A stretch of 62,571 nucleotides of DNA, filler included, from Choristocarpus tenellus KU-1152 (lineage: Eukaryota; Protista; Phaeophyceae): the NCBI GenBank assembly GCA_964200185.2. It is 12 parts of 12 records of this genome, joined end to end, with 100 filler letters (N's around TTAATTAATTAA, not from the genome) between each part and the next. Parts side by side here need not be neighbours in the genome. Positions count along the whole stretch, not along the records: positions 26,463 to 38,025 come from CAXNAD020002251.1; positions 38,126 to 43,124 come from CAXNAD020012225.1; 10 more parts are not named here. One strand, written 5' to 3'. Under the pieces are notes generated by a model that searched no databases, was not told the origin of the DNA, and saw only the letters and a program-made list of their open reading frames with translations. Below, one piece after another: positions 26,501 to 39,573 of this stretch; position 1 is the stretch's first letter; the number at the start of each line of letters is the position of its first letter. A program made the translations under genes and the position numbers.

Positions 26501-27204
26501 TTGCCTTTTCTCACAATTTAGGTACCCCAACATGTGTGTCAATGAATGGGAGGTATTCACTTGGACCAAACTCAAGGTGATACCAATATGTGGTTGTGTC
26601 TGCTTTCAGTAAACTTGTCAAGACAATCACTGATTGAACATAGTAGTTGACTTCTAGAATATAGACCTCCAGTCTCGCTTTGGCAAATTCATAGAAGTGG
26701 AAAATACCTCCCCAATGTATGATTTGTAACAGTATCAAGAGCATTACCAAGGATCATAGGTCTACAAAAAAATAACTAGTTCGTTGACAAGTTCAAGGGT
26801 GTTCCTGGTTGACAAAGCCAATGGTAAAATGAACCGATATCCTCATGGTTTCTTCACGAGATTCAATACAGGCAAGGCACCATTAAATGCTAACCTTAGT
26901 GGGAAACAAGGGATGCATGGCATAACTGTAACCTCATTGATGGTCTACTATTTTACAAGGACCTCACCAACATTGCAAGTCAACTAATGGCTAGTACCTG
27001 TTACAAAGAATCAGAAAGCTCTGAAAGACCCAAGTGTGATGCCATTAAAATATGCACACATCAGCAGAGCATGTACTCGTAAGTGCACAAGAGTAACACA
27101 CCTACATCATTATTCAAAGGCCCACTCCACTAATTCCTACAATGCCTTCACAAGCTCTCTGAATATCTAGTCACCCTCAACCCTAACCCCTTCCCTCTCT
27201 TCAC

Positions 27205-30200
27205 CTGGAAAGGTTAGACTTCTCAATGTGGTCCATGTCAGTCACATGAACCTGGCCCTCCTCACTGGTGCCTACACCCATCATGGCCCAGTTCTTGAGC
27301 ATCTCACAACCAATGGCACCAGCACCCACAAGAAACATGCTCTGCTTCCCGAGCAGCTCCTTCATAGACAATCCAATAGACACACATCAAGGCAGTGTGT
27401 TTGCAGGGGCAACAAGAATCAAATGTACAAACCAGTCAAAGCAATAAAATGTAGTCCAAGGGGTCGATCTAGTACAAACGTATCCACTACAAGAGGTGAT
27501 GCTTGATCATTTCAGGGAAAATGGAAGTATTAAGAATAATTGTATGGAGAACCCCCTACTTCATAAGTGTAGAATTGCACATTGACATCAATCCATCTAC
27601 TTCAGCTTAAATTTCCTTACTGAGTCTATTTGGTGAGCCCTTTACAGTTTCAATTCAGAAAAACAGTAAATATTATCACTACTGCAGTTGAAATTCACAA
27701 AAGAATACTCTTGTTCTTTCTGATCAAAAAGTCACTGGAGGTGAATTAGAGAGTGAAATGACATTTTTCCAGTTGACAGTAGAGATAGTTGTTTAAGTGA
27801 ATAATAACTGTTCAATCTGCTGAGGATATTTGTACACAAAAAACTTCTCATCCCATCCATTCAGAAAAACAAGGCACATAATTACAATTACCCAACTGCA
27901 CAATACAACAACAGAGTACCTACTTCCACTCTATTGACTTGCATCTTAACACCTGATCGTGCAAGCTCTATATCCAAGTATTAACCTTTCACAAAAAATG
28001 CCTTGTCAAAAGGTCCCATTAGAGTAAACCCTGTCTTTACCTGACAGCACATCAAAAGAAAATGCCCCTCTCTACCTATCTGCATTCTTTGCAAGATGCC
28101 CACCTGTATTGACTTGCCAAAGACCATAATGCTGCCATCATACCGGCAGTTCAAGGGCTGCACCTGTGCCTGTGGCAGAGGCTCATCCGGCAATGCCTCC
28201 ACAGCATCATAGTACAGCCACTGCTTGATTGGGCTTTATGCACACAACACATCATATCATTTAATGGAGTTGCAAATGAATAGGACGGAATCATAACAAA
28301 GTCGCATCACACTGTAGGATGTGATATTCAGGATATAGTACCATACAACACAAACGCAAGTAGGGAATCTAATCCAATGTCAATTGGTGAGACAAGGCAG
28401 GCATGAGGGAAGCACACCATATATGGCACAAGAGGAGCACATCAGTGTGGAGGCACCAGTGTCCAAGGAAAAGCCAACATGAGGTGAAAGGGGACAGGTG
28501 AGCTTGGTTGAGCTTGTGTAACATGACACAGGAGCGAATGACATCAAGAACAATCAGGGGAGTTGTTCCAAATTATCAAGCAAAAATCTACCCTGTATCA
28601 AACTTGCCAGGATCACTTGATATTGTCTTATCAGCAAAATAGCCACTATTTACTACTAAGTTGCAACTATGACTACTGAACTGATTTTTTTGTAATTATT
28701 TATTAACTTCATAAAATGAAGCCTCTAATAATCAACACTCTCTGATTTATATTTAGAAAGAGGTCCATAAAATTGCAGCTTCAGTGTACTATCTCATCCC
28801 TTTGGATTGCGTGTTGGCACATCATCCCAATTTTGGGTAGAAATATCAAGTGCATCTACTCCCATCCAACAGTTTTTCCACATTATTGAAGTTTGTTATA
28901 AAAACTCAGGCCTTCCACATTACTAAAGATCCTTACCTGAACTGGCCAGAACAGGCTTTGAGTACCTCCTGACCCACCACACCTCCTATGGTGGCACACA
29001 CAGGGCTGATTACACCACAGGCCCCCCCAGGGCTAATCGTAGAACAACATCCTACAGTAAGAGCAAGGGAGATACATTGATCTAATGTGAGGACAGATAT
29101 AAATGAGCTTGCCATGCCCTCTATTTTCCGTTGTGTATCTCCTTAGTCTGCTACCAAAAACAAATGTTGTAGGAAAAATACTTCACAGGACTTTACATGC
29201 AACATTGATGGTGGTTGTATAGATAGCAGTGATTATTGAACCGAGCGATACAGGAGAGCACAGGTAAGGAATGGTGAGATTTGAGACTGCCAAGGTCCAA
29301 CCCCACACCAGCTACGACATTCACTTATAGTGGGATGGAAAACAAGCAAGTAGGCAGGGTGCTTACCAAAGCAAAATCTAACAGATTTATATTAACTAAC
29401 TTCTTAACACATACATTGTTTCAAAAGGTATGACCTCTATATGCAACCATTGAATCCAATAGCTGGGAGTCACAAGAAAAGACAAGGGGTAGATATCAAG
29501 TCGTTCACTTATCCAAAAAATGCCTTATGGTTGAGATAGATTTCTAGAATGTACCAAGTAGTGAATTTCACGTAAGGTGTGGCCTCAACACAAAAATGTG
29601 CAGATGGTAATTACAGTAGGCAGTAATCGATCAGTAAACTCTTCATTCATTCAGGCCTTGACCTTACCTTGCTCTACTCTAGTCCATCAGCCTTGAACAC
29701 ACCTTCTCCTCCACTGTTTGCTTCAACTGCAGCTGCATACACTGCATCTGCATGCGCCATGTTCCCAGACTCTGGGAGCGACCCATTCTTTAGTCGGAAC
29801 TGGTCACACGCAACAGGGGTTATTGTATCACAAACCGTATAATTAGTGTTCTCTTCTGCTATTTGTCTTACAGAAGCAATAAAACACAAGTGGCAATACA
29901 AAACGACCACCACAGTATTAAATTGAATTAGAAAACAGGATGATTGAAAAAAGGCACTTCTAGTCTGCCTTTTATTTGAACACATCTTGAGAAATAGGCG
30001 AGATATTTGGTATGAAAATGATACAACAAAGAACCCAATAATCGCTGTCAAAGCAAGGTGCTATCGCATTGTCCTACACCTGGTGTTGCCTCAGAGAAAA
30101 AAAAGTGTGTAAGGTCTTTCTCCAGCCAGTCGACAGGCAACAGGTGATGGAGGCGATGGGCAGGGATGCGGTTGGACGAGGGAAACAGGAGGCCCTTTTG

Positions 30201-33200
30201 ACTTCTGTACACCCCACACACCAGCTCACCTGCCTCACCCCCACATCTACACTGTTGCCCTCCTAGTCAGAGTAGGATTGTATTCAATCTTCATAGGCAA
30301 AGATATACTGCACAGTAAATGAGAAGGATGAATTTGTTCCTTCAACATAGCACGCTATACTACTACCTTGGCAAAAGCAATGTCTGCAACTTTCGGATTT
30401 AGACTTAAAAATGGCATCATGATGTGATCTTTTCACAATGGGCTTAGAAGTACAACACAGAAGCATGTAGGCAAGTATAGAAGATTTCTAGACCCATGCA
30501 ATTTGATAAACTGACCTCACCAAGCAAAACACTAAGTATCAATTGTGTTTTCTTGTGCTGAGAGGAAAATCACTCTTCAGGGCTGCAGCAACAAAAAGGA
30601 AAACGCCTTAATCTTGTTGAATTGAGAGAAGAAACATAACCATAACCTAACTAGAATATTGATACATGAAATATACACCATAGGAGCAGTGCAATTGATA
30701 CAGATAAACATTGTGTCCAAAAAAGAATTTGATGTCTTCTCTATGCAATAGGATATTGTGTACCCAGAACAAGAGCGTACACAATCAGCAGTCCTTGCCT
30801 CAGAGATTAAGTGTGTATAAATGTTCTAGCTCCATCTGGTATTCGGGCAGCAGATTTAGGGGTCAGGTATGTGGGTAAAGGAAAATGGAGGGGCCTTTTT
30901 GGCCCCATTTCCACTCAGTCATTCCCCATAACTCTTGTCTTCCCTACCTCTGCTGCCCTCCAAATCAGAGTAGGATTGTTTTTAATCTTCACTGGCAACA
31001 GGTTTGCAAAAAAGAAGAGGATAAAACTGCCTCTGTAGCAAAACTTTCATAAATTTGCACAAGCGAGCACGCTGAAGAAAGAACTGCAATGTCTCCCTCT
31101 CACCCAATGAGCCATATTTGTTGGAAGTATTAGAGTACAAATGAGACAAATGGGTAATTAGACACAATAATTAATAGGTGGATATGTCAACTCTGGAGTA
31201 AGGGCTGCCAAAGTAAGACCATCAAGTTTAATAGTATGATAAGTGATATATTAGAACCCTTCCGTCCAGCCAATGCTTGTCATTACAAAGTGGTACACAA
31301 ACCTCTACCCTGGGTTCCGCACGGAACAGTGCATTTGAGAAAGATGCATCAAGGATTATAATAAAACAGTGTTGTTCAACCTACACCTAACTCACTCCTT
31401 GGAAGTGCTGATCAAGCTGTCTAGCACCATCGACTTCTCTTCCACTACAACGAAAGAAGAAGTATCAACCGATGGCTTAGCCAAACTGAAGCCCCCACAA
31501 ACCTCTTTGAAAATGAGCAGACAGGTTAAGACTATCATTAGTTTGGTTCAGAAATTTTGATGATGTGGTTCTTCAGGAGGGGTTTGAATGTGTGGGATGA
31601 TAGTCAAGTACATCCCATGATGATGTCCTTGGTTTCAAAATATTATCCCTACACACAACCCCTGGCCCAGCTCTTCCACACCTCAGTCATTCCCTGAATG
31701 GCAGCAAAAGTCGCAGTATCTCCTGTGACAAGGTTGTACCTCTGATCATTCATGACTGTGACAAGCCCAACCGAGTCCTTGGTGACTGAAGCAACCACAC
31801 ATGATGAAGCCTTGCCAACATGGACAAGTAAGACAAAACAGGGTAATAAGAAAAAAAAGAGTGGCAGCAGGTGATGTGTCCACAGTGATACATCTGGGAG
31901 GATTCCAAAGGAAATATGTGAAGGACTATCAGGGAATGTTTACAGGTGTGAGTGCATCACCTGTACAATGGAATTCTTGCTACTTTTAAAATAAATATCA
32001 ACACATGCGCACAACAAGCACGCAAAGATAGACACATATCGTTTTGCAATTATTGGCACAAAGAAATGTTAATTTTCCAATAAACCTGAAAAGAGTACAT
32101 CAAAACAAACCCAACACAACAATAGCTTTGGGTCAAAAATGCTTGCAAGGCTCACCTGGTTTCCATCAACATCTGAGACCACAAATGATTCCCCAAAGTC
32201 ACAAAAGGCGTAACCAAAAAACGCCTCTGGCGTCACATGATATGAAGCAAACTCCGAGACGGTGACAGATGTCATTGACTCGCAACTACGAGACACACGC
32301 GCAAACATAATGGAAGCAAAGCGCATGTAAATATTGGAATGAGGGGTGAGGGGGGGAGACGCATTAGCACATTTGTCCACTCAAGACTATAATTCCACAT
32401 TGGGGAAAGGGTATCCAACAGATGTAACCGTAGTAAAAAAATGGTCACACTTTAACAATATCTGCCTGTAACTCTGTTTACTTCAATACTAAAAACGAAA
32501 CTGTTTGAGATCAGATCTATTTGTTGTTTCCATCGGAGCACACAGGTGGCTGCTAAGTGTGAGATGAGAAGACAACAGGGCTAATAGGGGGACTCTCAGA
32601 AGGTGAATTACATTCGAGATTTTCCTTGCACATATGTGTCATTGCAATATGGGATGGGATTTTTCAATGCCACTCGGCCATGTTCCCATGAAGTGCCACT
32701 GTAGTTCAACATGGAAGTGGACACACAATTCCACATGGTAAGAAAATCCATCAGTCTCACAATTATTAATTATTACACAAATTTGACGCAACTTCCTGCA
32801 ACCAGTTCTGATCCACAACTCCTTGATCTTGAGGATGCAATATCAATAATATTACAAGGGAATAATTCACACATGAAAACACAATACACATGTACAGAAC
32901 CAAAAGCATGTATGATATGCTGAGTTTGAAGCCTTTCTAGCGCCTCAACAAGAATTTGTGACAAATCCTCCAGAGTACTGATACATGCAAACAGAGTTCT
33001 GCTGAAGAAGGCTCAAGGTCTGAGCCATAAAATTAGGTTAAATCTAGCACATCATCCACACAGCTACCTGGAGGTCAAGAGGTGCATCCACCAGCACCAC
33101 TACTTGGAAAGTCCTGAGAACAGTCTGAGTAAGCTCCTCGGAGGAGACTGATACCTGATCAAGTGATTGAGATACCAAGTTATTTGAGCTAGAGGATCAG

Positions 33201-35178
33201 AAAATATGTTGGAAAAAACTGAGCAGCATGAGTGGGTACTGGCAGGTTAACGAGAAAAGACATACCCTTGCAGCACAAAGAAGTCAATCTGTAATGGACA
33301 GTGTGACAGAATTACATCAAGCAGGAAGCATTCTAGGTTGTTTGACTATTGATCATAAGGTTGGCGAGGTAGATTATCAACTGCAACCTGAACATTGGGA
33401 AATGCGCTTTTGTAGCTCATACCACAGTGAAACAATGCCATCACATTGATCAAGGGTAAGTAAGCACTTCACTCGACTATCCTTACATTGGGTGGCAGGC
33501 ACTTTCCCTCTGTCTTAGTTTACTAACGATTCACGTCACGCCTTGGTCTTTACCTAGAGTTCTCCAAGACACAGACATGCAACTCTTGTTGGTGAAACAC
33601 ATACTGTGCATGATCTTCTACTCACAGAGACATAACGGTTGAATTCAGCTAGCTTCTTTACGCATGCTGCAGCCCTGGGCTTACCCAAATCAGCCTCTGT
33701 GAGGTAGAACTGTCAAGGAAAGAAAGAGAAGGTTGGGGGTTGGAACTGCAAATTGGGAAATCATTTATTGATATTGATGGTTGGGGTTAGGCACTGCAGT
33801 CTGTATTCATTGCATTCTTGATCTCTGCCAAAAGCCTTTCATCCCTTACGCTGCAATCGACAGCAATGAAGCAAACCTTGCTTGGCACAGACTTTCCCAT
33901 AAAGATAAACCCTCCCTTTCCTCTTCCCCTCATGGGTGAAATAGAACTTGACAAATGAATTTGGGCCACTGATAAAACCAGCACAGCAGGCAACACCCAG
34001 TCATCTACCCCTGCAAACGGACACCATGCACTGGATAGCAGGTTATGAAAAAAAGTCTCAGTTGAAGCAATCATATGAACATATCCACATTTTCATACCA
34101 TAGTATGCTACAATGGTGTCACGCAACCATCACGAGACTGCACCATGTTGCGTACACTCCTAGTCCCAAATTGTTTGAACCACTCCTGAGCAGACTCTAT
34201 TAATGGTCTTGCATTAACACATGCCTACTGCCTGTAGCATTGAGCAGTGGTCTCCAAACTCACAACTGTACAAAGTGCAGTCAACATTTACCCCTCGGCA
34301 GCACCTTCTGAGAATTTTCAACACTCCACAAGCGCCTGCCTCTATCCTACACCTGCCTAACTTGGAAGCACTCACACTAATCTCCACTGCAGAACAGCAA
34401 TGTTGCTACCGATGTAATCTCTGCTTACCAACCACTTATCTGTCATTAAAATTATCATCCCAAACCCACATAATGTAGTGAATAATAAGCGTAAACACAC
34501 AAGATCTATTGTATCAATCTTGATATCAGGCTGATGACCACAGCATCAAAATTGTCCAGAGGTCGACTCACCAAAAATTATTTTTGATCCAACTATAATT
34601 ATATTGTATTGCACACTATCACATACACTCAGTACAGTGTCATCTATCAATGCTCAGATCCATGGACAATATGATAGGTATGCATACCTGAGCTGAGAGA
34701 TCACTCCACCCTGCAAGAAGAGTGTTGTCGTTCAAGGTGACCGACTTGACACCTGCCAAGATCACATTCTTGGCAATTTCCGCACCCAGACCATTGAGTC
34801 CCACAATCAGAACATCAGATCCAGCCATTCGGCGCTGACAAGAGCAAGCAGCGGTAGGTTGACATCATGAGCAATTAACATTTGGGAAGTCGAAGTGAGT
34901 ATGGGTAGGGTACAGTGAGATAACAGCAAAACCCATTGTAGCAGAATCTATCTAGCAGGGTAATAGGTGTATTGATAGCAGCTTATGTAGGAAATCAGGA
35001 TGCACGCACTATACACAGTAAGCAAGCTGTGAGACGACAGTCGGGACTGCGCCCTTGCAACACCAGACACCGCCTAGATATTCCAAACTCTCGCCTGTGC
35101 CTCATGGCCCATGACATAGAGCTGGCGTGAGTACAACGACTCATCGACATCTCCATCCCCCTCAATGGGGTCTGGCAT
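27205..35178 (-). pseudogene. UBA1: Ubiquitin-activating enzyme E1, N-terminal half, with disabling lesions as assembled; exons 35178-35095, 34834-34688, 33709-33626, 33154-33068, 32285-32156, 31810-31682, 29799-29668, 29051-28937, 28233-28104, 27359-27205
   Basis: Diagnostic E1 motifs [101 protein letters not shown]. Lesions: extra base in A6 at 32216-32221, TAG at 29674-29676, frameshift in C7 at 29022-29028. Family identity is secure; pseudogene status is less so. Confidence 0.8.
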
Positions 35179-36313
35179 GGTGCGCGCTCTGTGGACCGGG
35201 TATCAAGTAGGGTGAGAAGACAACGGAAAAGTAAGTTGGTTGGGGCTCACAAATCTGTCATCAAACTACGGAGATCTGCATTCCACACAACATTACCTGT
35301 GCAACCCCCTAAGATATCTTTAAACGAGCTTGTATCCATGCTCATGTGTGTTCTAATTTTTTTCTTATCTCCATGACCTCATGGATATGTCTGTATCCTC
35401 CTTGTGTCCAGAGGCATTGGAGCTTTGCCTAATCAGTATGGATTTTCGCTCATGATATATAAAATTAATCGTGATCGATCTAATTTTTCTATCACAGGTC
35501 CTCCATGGGAGAGAGTGAGAAAGTGAGAAATTTCTATTCCCTCTGTGACATTAGTTACTTAGATAGGAGAGCACAAGGGGTGGGATTTGGACACCTCCTG
35601 CGAAAGCTACCCATTAGAACCTCAATTTCACCCACTGAAAGTCGTCAGAGAAAAATCAATAAGGCAACATATTTATTGAGCACAAGGGCGAAGAATATCC
35701 ACATCCACTCAAGAGAACAGGAGGAACATATAACTGGGGTGCCGAGGATTCTTGACATCCACAAGGTCTACCGTTCAGCTTACCTCTTTGCCGGAGGGCC
35801 CACCGTTTTGTCAGGCGCGGGGTGCGATCCCAATATCTTAATGGTATCGTCCGAGGTGTGTGGGAATAGGGGCGCTCCAACTGATCTTAACCTTTTCTTC
35901 AGTGTGACAACCAAAGAAAGTGCGAGTGTGAGAGATGCTTATGAAAGGCGGGAATTAATTATTTTTTATTTGGGTAGGATTTTTGTTTTTTCGTGTTGGT
36001 GAGTGAGGAAGCCTCTAGATTCTATCAAGATTTGAGGAAGGACATGTTGGTCAGCACAGTGACAGTTCTCGAGGGCTCGGAAAACCATAGTAGGCAGGAC
36101 GGTGACAAAATCAAAGATACTGCAGTATTGTAATGCGATATTGGAGTGAGGGTTATTGTGACTTTTTGTAGCTGGTCGTGTTTGAATATTGTATTGAACC
36201 CGAGAAGGTACAAGTCGATCAACGCGGATCCCATCCCATAGCAAATTGAAAGCTAGGGCTTTGTCATCACTTGGTCCTGATCATTTTCTGATCGGGGTGG
36301 AAATTCGTTCACC

Positions 36314-37886
36314 ATGGATGGTGGCGCCGCTCCTGGGGGAGGTCCTCAGGAAAATCCAATTCGGAAAGCGTGAGTTCTCCGGTCGCGAACCTAGTCTCAC
36401 ACTCTTATTTCATCTAAGCGTAGCATGCAAGATGGTGATATCCTGTGTAAAAGCAAAGATCATAATGCCTGCACCAAAAACTTGGTGGTGAGTCATGTTT
36501 GGTATTTCTGTATGCCGTTTCGTGGTTAAAGTTTGGTCTGCCATCCCCATCTGAGGGTATGAGGTCCTAAAACACATGTCTACATTGCATTGCGTCACAA
36601 ACCCCTATCACAGTTATGACTCTTGGGCAAGTGTGACCCCGTTCACCTCTAGGAGCGCTATGGTCATGATTGTGGTGTCGTGGTTGGCGAGCCTATTTTT
36701 CAACTTCGGCGGTTCTCTCAGTAACACGCCGTACTACACAATCGAAAGATTCGAGGGTGAGACAATGATGGTATTTGTTCACAGGTAGCAACAAGGATGT
36801 TTAAACTGCAAGACGATCTGATTTTACATGTGGTGACCACCCCATGATGAACGAAAACGGAGGGAAACCCACGATCGAACACTCACGTTCCTCCTCTCAT
36901 CGATCCCATTCTCAGTTTACCGTTTGGTGACTTCCGCCTTTTGCAGTGGCGGCTTTCTGACGGTGATTTTTGCACTAATGTCCTTCAACCAAATGGGACC
37001 TAGGCTCGAAGGATCCTTGGGTAAGTCCTTTTCCCTCTCAGTCCGTTGGTGTGCGACATCTGTCCGGAGTATGTGAAACCGCCCTTAGTATTTTCTTTGC
37101 TGCTTCGCCATGTCTGTAACTGTAGAGCTAGAGGATTGAGAGATCCACAAGATTACTTGCCCTGGTCGCCTGCCAGATCCTTTCGTCGCATCGTGCAGAT
37201 GACCAGTCCCTTGGGATCTTTTGAACACTATACAGCTTTTGTGCGGGTTGTGAGGTACACAAACGTGTAATACTTCCTTCCAGGATCACCATTACCATTG
37301 CATCACCAAGCTCAAAAACTGCTTATCATGAATATCTCGCTCGTATGAGTTTCTCGAGGATCCTTGTGCGTGCGCGTTTTGCTCAAGCTCTTCACACTAA
37401 TTGCTGGGTGAAGGCTAACTTCAGCCATATTTTGTTGCCTTGCCCCTCAGGTTCAACGGGCATGATGGTCCTGATGTTGACTCTGGACGTTGTGACCAAT
37501 GTTATGTTCCTAGGCGTGTGTGGCTTATTGATAGCCTTTGGAGAGGCAAGTATAGCTCTTGTCCAGAGCTGTGTTCGGGATGTGGGTTATGACTGCATCG
37601 CCGACGGTTTCTAAAATCGTGTTGTGTCTTTGGATGCATTGTGCATGACCACTTGAGTTATTTTCATGATTCTGCATGCCACACCCCGTGCTGCAGGATG
37701 TCAAAATCCTATTTCTGAGACTGATCCTGACCTAGCGACTGTCCCCAATCAACAATCACCCCTTCCTCTGCCGCATGTGAAAACTCTGTAGCAAACAGCA
37801 CGTTTTATGTCAGCCTCCGGGTTCTGGAACATTCTGATGCCGCTCATTGCGATTGAGTGCATGGGTGCACCGGAGGCTCCACGAAG
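36314..37886 (+). CDS. Rhomboid-like membrane protein (RBL15/RHBDD-like), probably catalytically inactive; exons 36314-36369, 36614-36756, 36916-37020, 37451-37545, 37792-37886; 3' part off contig
   Basis: Phase-compatible exons give MDGGAAPGGGPQENPIRKAYDSWASVTPFTSR...NTPYYTIERFEVYRLVTSAF (WR-type motif)...MGPRLEGSLGS...SASGFWNILMPLIAIEC; several TM segments. Confidence 0.8.
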
Positions 37887-38229
37887 GCAAGTCGAAAGTA
37901 TTGGTACAATAGGTGGAAATGTGCATACAATCCCATCTTCGCTTTGCCATGTGTTGGAAGCCGGGGGGCGGGGCGGGGTGGGGTTCAGTTGTAAGGTGTT
38001 CTCATTGTGGATGTGTTGATGCACTNNNNNNNNNNNNNNNNNNNNNNNNNNNNNNNNNNNNNNNNNNNNTTAATTAATTAANNNNNNNNNNNNNNNNNNN
38101 NNNNNNNNNNNNNNNNNNNNNNNNNTTCATTATCCATCCAACGTATGGAACCGAATCACCCAAAAATAGCGACATGAAAAAACTTGGTCCCAAATGGACA
38201 GCCGCCACCCCCCCCAGATACTTTGACCC

Positions 38230-38650
38230 TGAAAATGTTGGTATTACCACCATTGACAGCTGGTGTGTACACGGTGGAAAAGGTAATCAATACAGGGCAT
38301 CGAATTTGAAAATGTTGGTAACACCACCATCTGCAGCTGGTGAGTACACGGTTGTAAAGGTAACAAATACAGGGCACTGAATTTGAAAATGTTGGTATTA
38401 CAACTGACAGGTGGTGTGTACACAGTTGTGAAGGTAATCAATACAGGGCATCGAATTTGAAAATGTTGGTGACTACACCATTGGCAGGTGGTGTGTACAC
38501 GGTTGTAAAGGTAATAAATAGAGGGCATCGAATGTGAAAACGTTGGTGACACCACCATTGACAGCTGGTGTGTACACAGTTGCAAAGGTAACAAATACAG
38601 GGCATCGAATTTGGAAATATTGATGTTACCACTGCTGACAGCTGTTTGGT
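38230..38650. repeat. 77-bp minisatellite, about 5.5 copies, abutting a MITE-A end
   Basis: TGAAAATGTTGGT...GGTGTGTACAC...AATACAGGGCATCGAATT starts at 38230, 38307, 38384, 38458, 38535, 38612. Confidence 0.93.
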
Positions 38651-39401
38651 ACAAGCTCCGAATACAAATGAACACGTAAACATGTGTTGAGCCGTGTGGT
38701 TGTGTTCACGACCAAGAAAAATGCAATGAGGGGTAGATACGTTGGAAACTCTTCAACACCGCACACATCACCAACCTTGGCCTAACGTGGGCATTTGCTC
38801 CCTGGATTTCAAAGCGCCATGACATGGAGGTCTCTTTGTATGCACGAAACAAAAAGTCGCCAGTGTCGACAGAGCTGTGGACTATACTGCAGGATAGACA
38901 GACCGGTGTGCATGGGGTTTACGCCGATTTTGACGCGAAATTGCTTTCACTCGGTATTCTATCTGGAGCTTCCGACAAAATATTTACACAGGTGGCAACA
39001 TAGCAGTGGTGGACGAAATTGGTATGGTCGTAGTCCTGAAGGCCTTCGTACATAACGCGTTAAGGTCTTTTAGCCTATCTCGTGTGAATTGATGTAGTGT
39101 GGTGAACAGCAACACCATCTAGACCTAACCCGGATTTGGGCTATACATTAAGAAAACAATAAGGAGATCATTCCTAATGAGAGGGGCATGTTCGTGCTTT
39201 CGCAAAAGCCGAATACAAGACATGTTGGAACTTAGTATCAAGAGGAACGCGTACATAGGAATTGGCGGGATATGTTACACTTTGCAAACAGCCAGTAGAC
39301 GAGGAAGTCTCGACCCCGGATGGGCGCATTCGGTACGGCACACTATGCAACAATGTTTGGATTAGGGTTCGTGACTAGGGGGTCATACAACCGCTTGTGT
39401 A

Positions 39402-39573
39402 GACCCAAAGTATCTGGGGGGGGGGGTCTACACCAGAGTGTCCACTTGGACCAAAGCCAGGAAAAGTGCACTTTCATTATCCATCCAACGTATGGAACCA
39501 AATCACCCAAAAATCGCGACATGAAAAACTTAGTCCCAAATGGACAGCCGCCACACACCCCCAGATACTGACC
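39402..39573 (-). mobile_element. MITE family A, near-complete copy in reverse orientation
   Basis: GACCCAAAGTATCTGGGG...CCCCCAGATACT; reverse complement of the 2981-3165 interior. Confidence 0.88.

Noticed and set aside
29674-29676. TAG reassignment (alternative genetic code)
   Set aside because: Only one in-frame TAG, in a gene with other lesions; no other modelled host-gene exon needs read-through.
22387-35178. FNIP protein plus UBA1 as a linked ubiquitin module
   Set aside because: Separated by a linker at 26363-26462, so adjacency is arbitrary.
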